Program-made: the position numbers and the translations under genes
Notes under the pieces: model-generated
Databases searched by the model: none
Told to the model about the DNA's origin: nothing
Seen by the model: only the letters and a program-made list of their open reading frames with translations
Assembly: GCA_028683995.1 (NCBI GenBank)
Contig: JAQUGU010000001.1
Location: 1-31,921, forward strand
DNA from: Syntrophomonadaceae bacterium
Lineage (GTDB): Bacteria; Bacillota; Syntrophomonadia; Syntrophomonadales; Syntrophomonadaceae
Direction of reading: 5' to 3'
Length of the DNA: 31,921 nt
Shown: in pieces, positions 25,746-31,921 of the stretch
Position numbering within the stretch: the first letter of the stretch is position 1
Layout: each line of letters starts with the position of its first letter

Positions 25746-25850
25746 GTAGGGGCGAACCCGTGTGTTCGCCCGGGGTCGGCAATTATGTTACTCAAGAGGC
25801 CGATACCCAGTTTCGTGGTCGGCCGGGCAGACACATGGGTCTGCCCCTAC
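25746..25850. repeat. REP doublet 3
   Basis: GTAGGGGCGAACCCGTGTGTTCGCCC at 25746-25771 (+), a 53-nt spacer, then GTAGGGGCAGACCCATGTGTCTGCCC at 25850-25825 (-). Confidence 0.9.
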
Positions 25851-25854
25851 AAAA

Positions 25855-25896
25855 TTCACGCCTTACGCCCTAGCGCCTCACTCCTCACTACCTAGC
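25855..25896. repeat. Heptamer tandem tract overlapping the dipeptidase stop
   Basis: TTCACG CCTTACG CCCTAGCG CCTCACT CCTCACT ACCTAGC. Confidence 0.65.
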
Positions 25897-26813
25897 ACCG
25901 CTTTAATCACCCTCAGGGCGTTTTCGCTAAGAATCATAGCGGTTTCAGCCGGGGTAAAGCCTCTGCCAGCCAGGATTTGTGGCCACCTGCTGTATTCTTC
26001 AACCCCCTGCATAAGCAAAACATCAGCACCATCAAAATCTGATCCCAGAGCTACATGCTCTACTCCTATAAGGTCTGAAATATAAGCTAAATGATCCAGT
26101 AGATCATTTAATTCGGGTTTACCATCTTCCTTAATAAACTCGGGTACCTGATTGATTCCAATTACCCCGCCATTTTCAGCCAGGGCTTTTAATTGCGCAT
26201 CATCCAGGTTCCTGCGGTGGTTACATAGAGCCCGGGCATTGGCATGACTGACCAGCACCGGCTTATTATAAAGATTCAGGGCATCATAATAGCTTCTAAT
26301 TGCTACATGGGAGAGGTCCAGCATTATACCCAAATTCTCCATCAGATATATTATTTCCTTACCTTTGTTGCTAATTCCTCCTCCCCCCTCCTCTCCTACT
26401 CCATCAGCCAGCAGGTTGCGGTTATTCCAGGTAAGTCCAAGACTTCTCAAACCCATTCGATAGAGTAAACTTAAAATTTCACTGTCGCTTCCCAGTGCAT
26501 CTGCTCCCTCCAGGTGCAATATGCAGGCAATTTTATCGGTATTAGCGGCAGCAATAATGTCTTCATAAGTAAAAACCGGCTGTAGATAATCCTGGTATTT
26601 ATCCAGCTCACTATAAAATTTCTCTATCTGTTTTAGTATTTGGCGTAATGACTCATTCATTCCCTGGGGCATAGTAAACAGAGCGAAAATTTGAAGCCCG
26701 ACTCCGGCTTTTCGTGCCCTTTTAATGTCGCAGTGGCAACTGTTGTCATATAATGACTGACCGTTTTTTTGTAAAGATGAAATAGTATCACAGTGCAAAT
26801 CAACTATTTTCAT
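25878..26813 (-). CDS. Membrane dipeptidase family (peptidase M19)
   Basis: DLHCDT, HLEG, LTWN, DLSH, SHAN and GSDFDG. Confidence 0.9.
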   Translation of the reverse strand: MKIVDLHCDTISSLQKNGQSLYDNSCHCDIKRARKAGVGLQIFALFTMPQGMNESLRQILKQIEKFYSELDKYQDYLQPVFTYEDIIAAANTDKIACILHLEGADALGSDSEILSLLYRMGLRSLGLTWNNRNLLADGVGEEGGGGISNKGKEIIYLMENLGIMLDLSHVAIRSYYDALNLYNKPVLVSHANARALCNHRRNLDDAQLKALAENGGVIGINQVPEFIKEDGKPELNDLLDHLAYISDLIGVEHVALGSDFDGADVLLMQGVEEYSRWPQILAGRGFTPAETAMILSENALRVIKAVLGSEE

Positions 26814-26840
26814 ATTAACCCTCCATGTCTACTGGACACA

Positions 26841-26858
26841 CATACCCAAAGGGCACAC
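26841..26858 (-). repeat. GTGCCC-N3-GGGTAY mini-hairpin repeat
   Basis: Reverse complement GTGTGCCCTTTGGGTATG matches 17843-17860 (GTGTGCCCTATGGGTACG) at 16/18 positions. Confidence 0.55.
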
Positions 26859-26919
26859 GCAGCCACGTTTGCAAATTTGCCATTTAAAGTGAGGAGCGAA
26901 GACGGCAGAGTAGCATAAG

Positions 26920-26955
26920 AAAGAACCTGCCTTTTAATGTAAGCAGGTTCTTTTT
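26920..26955. terminator. Bidirectional-type terminator after spoVS
   Basis: AAAGAACCTGC-N12-GCAGGTTCTTT with A- and T-rich flanks. Confidence 0.7.
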
Positions 26956-27001
26956 ATCTTATCATGAAAATTCCTAATCATGAAAGTTCTTATGCCCCGT
27001 C

Positions 27002-27262
27002 TTAACGGGGTTCAATAATCAGCTTAATCGCTGTCCTCTCTTCGCCATCTATAATTATATCCGTAAAAGCAGGGATACATATCAAGTCCATCCCACTGGG
27101 AGCAACAAATCCACGGGCAATAGCAATTGCTTTAACAGCCTGGTTAATTGCACCTGCTCCTATAGCTTGTATTTCTGCAGATCCTTTTTCTCTAAGAACA
27201 CCTGCCAGTGCTCCTGCAACTGAATTTGGACTGGACTTGGCTGAAACCTTTAATACCTCCAT
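27002..27262 (-). CDS. spoVS: Stage V sporulation protein S
   Basis: MEVLKVSAKSSPNSVAGALAG...QAIGAGAINQAVKAIAIARGF, a near-consensus match. Confidence 0.97.
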   Translation of the reverse strand: MEVLKVSAKSSPNSVAGALAGVLREKGSAEIQAIGAGAINQAVKAIAIARGFVAPSGMDLICIPAFTDIIIDGEERTAIKLIIEPR

Positions 27263-27316
27263 GAAATAACCTCCCTCAAGAATTAGTATATTGATTAGTT
27301 GCTCTCTCTAATGTAT

Positions 27317-27343
27317 ATTCTAAGTTTATATGGTAATTCCTTC
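27317..27343 (-). promoter_or_regulatory. Sigma-H promoter of spoVS
   Basis: GAAGGAATT...AGAAT (AGGA-N17-GAAT). spoVS is sigma-H dependent in B. subtilis. Confidence 0.75.
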
Positions 27344-27426
27344 TTTTTGGTAAAATCTTTTGGATAATTTTTCATTATTCAGAAAATTTTTCTCGAGGTT
27401 TCATAGAGATATTTAATTTTTAAAGA

Positions 27427-28209
27427 TCAGGGAAGAGTGCGGTTAATCCGGCCGATTTTTTGAACCTGATTATTATTGTCGTCGATGCTTAGTATTACCC
27501 CCTGCAGCATGGCAGTGCCGCCAGCGACTTCCAGTCGGACGGGCCTCTGGTAAATTATTTTATTAATAACCATATCTTTATCCATTCCCAGAATGGATTC
27601 CAGGGGGCCGGTCATCCCCATGTCTGTAATATAGGCAGTACCCCCGGGCAATATCCTTTCATCAGCAGTCTGAATATGGGTGTGAGTGCCCAACACTGCA
27701 GTCACCTTACTGTCAAAATAGTAAGCCATGGCTAATTTTTCAGATGTTGCTTCAGCGTGAAAGTCGACAATAATAATGTCGCTTTGTTCTTGAATTTCTT
27801 GTAGTACCTGCTCCACTCCTCGGAAGGGGCAATCCAAAGGAGATAAAAAAACCCGTCCCATGGCATTAATTACTGCTATTTTTTTGTTTATTCCGCCAGT
27901 ATAAATATGATAACCCTGCCCCGGGCAATAGGGGGGGAAATTTATCGGCCTCACCAGCCGAAATTCATCATCAACAAAGCTATATATATCCTTGTTATCC
28001 CATACGTGGTTACCCATAGTCAAAACATCAATACCGCTGCCTAAAAGCTCATTCAATACCGGTCGGGTCAATCCCCTTCCCCCGGCTGCATTTTCAGCAT
28101 TGGCGATAACAAAATCGATATTATTCTCTCTTTGTATACCCGGCAACAGCCCTTTAATAGCTCTTCTGCCAGGTCGGCCCACAATATCTGCGATTACCAG
28201 TATATTCAA
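27427..28209 (-). CDS. ymdB: YmdB-family metallophosphoesterase (2',3'-cyclic phosphodiesterase)
   Basis: DIVGRPG, NAENAAGG, TMGNH, DFHAEATSEK, GTHTH and TDMGMTG. Confidence 0.93.
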   Translation of the reverse strand: MNILVIADIVGRPGRRAIKGLLPGIQRENNIDFVIANAENAAGGRGLTRPVLNELLGSGIDVLTMGNHVWDNKDIYSFVDDEFRLVRPINFPPYCPGQGYHIYTGGINKKIAVINAMGRVFLSPLDCPFRGVEQVLQEIQEQSDIIIVDFHAEATSEKLAMAYYFDSKVTAVLGTHTHIQTADERILPGGTAYITDMGMTGPLESILGMDKDMVINKIIYQRPVRLEVAGGTAMLQGVILSIDDNNNQVQKIGRINRTLP

Positions 28210-28212
28210 TCT

Positions 28213-28716
28213 TTATAATCCTCCAGTATTTCTGTTAAACATGCACAGTCTGCCATGGTCGCGATAAGCAAAAAGATAGCCTGCATTATCATGATTATTA
28301 TTTAGCTGTAGCAGCAGATCACGCTTAACTTGTTTCTTAAATGAATCGCAGGTTAACGCAGTTTTACCGTCATCAAGCAGACAGTCGTAAAACTCTTCCC
28401 GTAATAGCGATATCAATAAATTAATCTCATTTTCATTGATGCTTTTAACGTCCCGATAATAACGAAGAAAAGTTAAACCGGCCAGCCTTTTAAATTTTAT
28501 ATTGAATATTTCCGGCTTGCTTTCCTCTAACTTATGTAATAACTGCATACATTCCCGGCCCCTGGTGATGAACTTCTCTTCCTGCTCCTGATCTATCTCC
28601 TTGCCCAATGCCACTTCGATTATCAGTAAATCGCTATTATAATCATATTTGACTATATTAATCTCGGGAAAGTTTACTGATACATTCAAAAATATTTCTA
28701 AGCCCGTTTCATTCAT
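28213..28716 (-). CDS. Hypothetical protein (167 aa) between rny and ymdB
   Basis: ATG 28716 with SD AAGGGGAAG. Its stop is 3 nt before the ymdB start. No family recognised. Confidence 0.78.
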   Translation of the reverse strand: MNETGLEIFLNVSVNFPEINIVKYDYNSDLLIIEVALGKEIDQEQEEKFITRGRECMQLLHKLEESKPEIFNIKFKRLAGLTFLRYYRDVKSINENEINLLISLLREEFYDCLLDDGKTALTCDSFKKQVKRDLLLQLNNNHDNAGYLFAYRDHGRLCMFNRNTGGL

Positions 28717-28750
28717 TTTGCATCTTCCCCTTAATAACTCAATGATAAAC

Positions 28751-28779
28751 ATTTCTTCAATCCAAATCCAAATTCCTTC
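28751..28779 (-). promoter_or_regulatory. Sigma-H-like promoter for hypothetical-ymdB
   Basis: GAAGGAATT...GAAAT (AGGA-N18-GAAA), just after the rny terminator. Confidence 0.45.
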
Positions 28780-28810
28780 TGCCTTATGTTTGCAAAAATT
28801 GACACTCCAA

Positions 28811-28837
28811 TAATAAAAGCAGGGCTATTTGCCCTGC
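28811..28837 (-). terminator. Intrinsic terminator after rny
   Basis: GCAGGGC-AAATA-GCCCTGC-TTTTATTA. Confidence 0.75.
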
Positions 28838-28854
28838 CTTATTGTCTTTTTAGC

Positions 28855-30393
28855 TTATTTTGCATATTCTATTGACCGGGTTTCACGTATAACCACCACT
28901 TTTATTTGTCCGGGGTAATCCAAATCATTCTCCACCCTATTAGCAATATCCCGAGCCATACTTATAGCCCGTAAATCATCGATTTCTTCAGGTTTAACAA
29001 TAATTCTAATTTCCCTGCCGGCCTGAATAGCAAAGGTTTTTTCTACTCCATCAAAAGATTCGGCGATGCCCTCCAACTTCTCCAGTCGTTTAATATATGC
29101 TTCCAGAGTTTCCCTACGAGCGCCAGGGCGTGATGCGGAAATGGCATCTGCAGCCTGAACCAGAACTGACTCAATATACTGGGGTTCTATATCACCATGA
29201 TGAGCACCGATAGCATTAATTACTTCCTTACCTTCACGATATTTTTTAGCCAGGTCTACGCCAATCTCTATATGCGGTCCTGAAACCTCATGATCTACCG
29301 CTTTTCCTATATCATGCAGTAAACCTCCCCTTTTTGCCAGTACTATGTCAACCTCTAGTTCTGATGCCATAATTCCGGCCAGGTGAGCTACTTCAATTGA
29401 ATGCCGTAGTACATTTTGTCCATAACTGGTGCGATATTTCAGCCTTCCCAGTAGTTTTATCAATTCCGGATGCAATCCGTGGACTCCCACCTCAAAAGCA
29501 GCCTGCTCGCCCACATCCCTTATTTCCTGTTCGATTTCCTTCTGAGCTTTTTCCACCATTTCCTCTATACGAGCAGGATGGATACGCCCATCAGACACCA
29601 GATTACCCAGGGCAACTCGGGCTACTTCTCTGCGTATAGGATCAAATGATGAGAGAATCACTGCTTCCGGAGTGTCATCAATGATCAGATCTACACCGGT
29701 TAAGGTTTCAAAAGTACGAATATTACGACCTTCCCTACCAATAATCCTACCCTTCATTTCGTCATTAGGTAGTGCAACAACAGAAACGGTAGTTTCAGAA
29801 ACAACATCGGCAGCACACTTTTGAATTGCAATAGATACTATGTTTTTAGCCCTCTTATTTGCCTCTTCCTTTGCTTCCGCCTCAATATTCTTAATCATTA
29901 CCGCAGTTTCATTACGGATCTGTTGCTCAACATTGTATAATAACAATTCTTTGGCTTCTTCAGAGGTTAAACCGGATAGCCGCTCTAATTCCTTGAGCTG
30001 CCGGGTTAGAATAAGCTGCAAATCCTGATTAGTTTTTTCCAGCTCCTTCTCTTTATCGTAGAGAGTCTGTTCCTTTTTCTCCATATTTTCAGACTTCTTA
30101 TCCAGCATCTCTTCTTTTTGAATTATCCGTCTTTCCAAGCGATCCAGTTCGCGGCGACGGTCACGAATATCCTTTTCGGCTTCCTGCCGATTACGGTGTA
30201 TTTCTTCCTTGCCTTCCAGTAGAATCTCCTTTTTTTGTGCTTCTGCCTCTTTAGTACACTCCTCAACAATGCGCGAAGCCTCTTCCTCGGCAGCACCTAT
30301 TCTACTTTCAGCGATAAGCCTTCTACCGTAATATCCAGCAGCTAGCCCTACGGCCAATGAAAGTGTTATTATTATAAAGCTTGTTAGATTAAT
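28855..30393 (-). CDS. rny: Ribonuclease Y
   Basis: Coiled coil, KH domain ([13 protein letters not shown]), HD domain (LLHDIGK) and AIQAGREIR. Start placed at ATT 30393 to restore the TM anchor. Confidence 0.96.
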   Translation of the reverse strand: MNLTSFIIITLSLAVGLAAGYYGRRLIAESRIGAAEEEASRIVEECTKEAEAQKKEILLEGKEEIHRNRQEAEKDIRDRRRELDRLERRIIQKEEMLDKKSENMEKKEQTLYDKEKELEKTNQDLQLILTRQLKELERLSGLTSEEAKELLLYNVEQQIRNETAVMIKNIEAEAKEEANKRAKNIVSIAIQKCAADVVSETTVSVVALPNDEMKGRIIGREGRNIRTFETLTGVDLIIDDTPEAVILSSFDPIRREVARVALGNLVSDGRIHPARIEEMVEKAQKEIEQEIRDVGEQAAFEVGVHGLHPELIKLLGRLKYRTSYGQNVLRHSIEVAHLAGIMASELEVDIVLAKRGGLLHDIGKAVDHEVSGPHIEIGVDLAKKYREGKEVINAIGAHHGDIEPQYIESVLVQAADAISASRPGARRETLEAYIKRLEKLEGIAESFDGVEKTFAIQAGREIRIIVKPEEIDDLRAISMARDIANRVENDLDYPGQIKVVVIRETRSIEYAK

Positions 30394-30454
30394 ATCTTCA
30401 CCCCCTTTTCTTTAAATTCTCTTCTTTTTTATTAATGGTTAAAGTCTTTAAAAC

Positions 30455-30485
30455 AAAAAAAACCGAGTACAAACCCGGTTTTTTT
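30455..30485 (-). terminator. Intrinsic terminator upstream of rny
   Basis: ACCGGGT-TTGT-ACTCGGT followed by a run of T (mirror A-run 30455-30462). Confidence 0.75.
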
Positions 30486-30784
30486 AAGAAGATCCTGTAA
30501 TTTAAAAATGCCACATTTTTTACAGCAATAGAATTATACCCATATATTTAAGGGTATAAAATTACTCGCAGCATCTTATAGGGTGAGATTTCTTAAAAAC
30601 TCACCTACCCAACAGACAACTAACGTATATCTCCAAATGAAAGAGTATGTGTTTTTTACACATATCTCTATTAAATTCATTATCCATTCACCGGAAAAAC
30701 ACTAACAGTGTCTATATGGTCAAATCACCAGGATACTTCTTTACCAGAGTCTTGTATCAATTTTAGTTACTTTCCCCAATAGTG

Positions 30785-31819
30785 TCAAGATTCCTCTAAA
30801 TTGTTGGTAGCCAACAGCCTGGCTTTATCCATTTCCTTAACCTTATTATCCAACATTTGCATGAACTCAGGATTATTTTTCAGATATTCCTTGGCGTTTT
30901 CCCGGCCCTGTCCCATCCTTTCACCTTCATACGAATACCAGGAGCCGCTTTTCTGGATAATATCCTTATCAGCCGCAATGTCCAGCAAATCCCCTTCATG
31001 GGATATGCCGGTTCCATACATAATATCAAATTCCGCGGTTTTAAACGGTGGTGCTACCTTGTTTTTTACCACTTTAGCCCGGGTGCGGGTACCGATTATG
31101 TCTGTTCCCTGTTTGATAGTATCTCCTTTTCTAACCTCGATTCGAATAGAAGAATAGAACTTCAAAGCCCGGCCACCGGTGGTAGTTTCAGGGCTGCCAT
31201 AGATAACGCCCACCTTCTCCCGGATTTGATTTATAAAGATAGTACAACCCTGTGATTTACCAATATGGGCAGTTAATTTACGCAAAGCCTGGGACATTAA
31301 ACGAGCCTGCAATCCCACATGGACATCACCCATTTCCCCATCCAACTCAGCTCTGGGAACCAGTGCTGCTACCGAATCAATCACAACAACATCAATAGCC
31401 CCGCTTCTAACCAGAGCTTCGGCAATTTCCAAAGCCTGCTCTCCTGAATCCGGTTGGGCTACCAGCAAGTTATTTATATCCACTCCCAGCCTTTTAGCAT
31501 ATTGCGGATCTAAAGCATGCTCAGCATCAATAAATGCTGCCATGCCACCTTCACTCTGAGCCTGGGCTATAGCGTGCAAAGCAACGGTAGTTTTACCGGA
31601 AGATTCCGGGCCAAAGATTTCTATTACCCGACCCCGGGGCAAGCCTCCTACCCCCAGCGCCAAATCCAGGGAAAGACAGCCGGTCGATATAACCTCGACA
31701 TTCATAGCTGCAGCTTCACCCAGTTTCATGATGGACCCTTTACCATACTGTTTTTCTATACCTTTAATCGCGTTATTAAGGGCATCTATCTTGCCCTGGT
31801 TGATTTGACCAGTATCCAT
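30785..31819 (-). CDS. recA: Recombinase A
   Basis: [37 protein letters not shown] and VKNKVAPPF. Confidence 0.99.
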   Translation of the reverse strand: MDTGQINQGKIDALNNAIKGIEKQYGKGSIMKLGEAAAMNVEVISTGCLSLDLALGVGGLPRGRVIEIFGPESSGKTTVALHAIAQAQSEGGMAAFIDAEHALDPQYAKRLGVDINNLLVAQPDSGEQALEIAEALVRSGAIDVVVIDSVAALVPRAELDGEMGDVHVGLQARLMSQALRKLTAHIGKSQGCTIFINQIREKVGVIYGSPETTTGGRALKFYSSIRIEVRKGDTIKQGTDIIGTRTRAKVVKNKVAPPFKTAEFDIMYGTGISHEGDLLDIAADKDIIQKSGSWYSYEGERMGQGRENAKEYLKNNPEFMQMLDNKVKEMDKARLLATNNLEES

Positions 31820-31832
31820 TTCAAACCCTCCT

Positions 31833-31846
31833 CAAACATATGTTCG
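31833..31846 (-). promoter_or_regulatory. LexA (Cheo/SOS) box of recA
   Basis: CGAACATATGTTTG against the Firmicutes consensus CGAAC-N4-GTTYG. It lies between the -10 element and the SD. Confidence 0.8.
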
Positions 31847-31859
31847 GTTCTTTTGTATA

Positions 31860-31888
31860 ATGATATCCAAGCGTTTTATAAATGTCAA
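31860..31888 (-). promoter_or_regulatory. Sigma-A promoter of recA
   Basis: TTGACA-N17-TATCAT. Confidence 0.75.
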
Positions 31889-31921
31889 TGATTTTCTAAC
31901 CATATTTTGTATAAATAAATT

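Noticed and set aside
25702-25782. N-terminal extension of the PHP protein (MPTPGEHTGSPLP...)
   Set aside because: It starts within the REP spacer with no SD. TTG 25701 has a GGAGG SD and matches the family start.
126-25850. CRISPR interpretation of the 26-nt repeats with 44-53 nt spacers
   Set aside because: The repeats are inverted pairs scattered over 26 kb rather than direct arrays, the spacers are homologous to each other, and there are no cas genes.
28717-28752. ATG 28752 as start of the hypothetical protein
   Set aside because: It lies within the putative -10 element and upstream of the SD that serves ATG 28716.
30730-30760. TTGATA...TATCCT promoter for the rny leader
   Set aside because: The spacer is 19 nt, outside the normal 16-18 nt range.
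331-31891. All plus-strand ORFs in the track (e.g. 331-576, 7722-8240, 12412-12879, 31517-31891) and the small nested minus-strand ORFs
   Set aside because: They are shadows of well-conserved genes. They have no recognisable motifs or checked SD support, and every supported gene is on the minus strand in a dedicated frame.
1-31921. Prophage, IS, integron, defence island or horizontally acquired block
   Set aside because: No integrase, transposase, phage or defence motifs, and no obvious compositional break in coding DNA by eye. The gene order is standard Firmicutes core plus a PHA cluster.

Overview
A 31.9 kb housekeeping region from a Clostridia-type Firmicute. Gene content and the PHA cluster suggest a Syntrophomonas-like organism (inference). 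All 32 supportable CDSs are on the minus strand. In transcription order they are recA, rny, hypothetical, ymdB, spoVS, M19 dipeptidase, PHP hydrolase, hypothetical, a degenerate family-4 uracil-DNA-glycosylase-like protein, a PHA cluster (phasin, PhaR-type subunit, MaoC/PhaJ, PhaC), P-type Ca-ATPase, dapF, dapL, yicC, remA, gmk, rpoZ, coaBC, metK, priA, def, fmt, DUF116, Zn peptidase, rsmB, rlmN, PP2C, pknB and the probable start of rsgA. There is no rRNA, tRNA, CRISPR array, transposase or integrase. The most interesting signals are: (1) a UDG-fold Fe-S protein that has lost its catalytic motifs and gained a 4-Cys insertion, directly upstream of the PHA genes; (2) a class IV-like PHA cluster with PhaJ where Bacillus has PhaB; (3) three families of short intergenic repeats, including heterotypic GTAG-REP doublets that always carry a heptamer tract on the same side, and one repeat nested inside another; (4) a multi-hairpin leader with a terminator upstream of rny, which probably starts at ATT; (5) a probable CTG start for priA and a hairpin-bridged Shine-Dalgarno for remA. 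All family assignments come from motif recognition by eye; no database searches were run.
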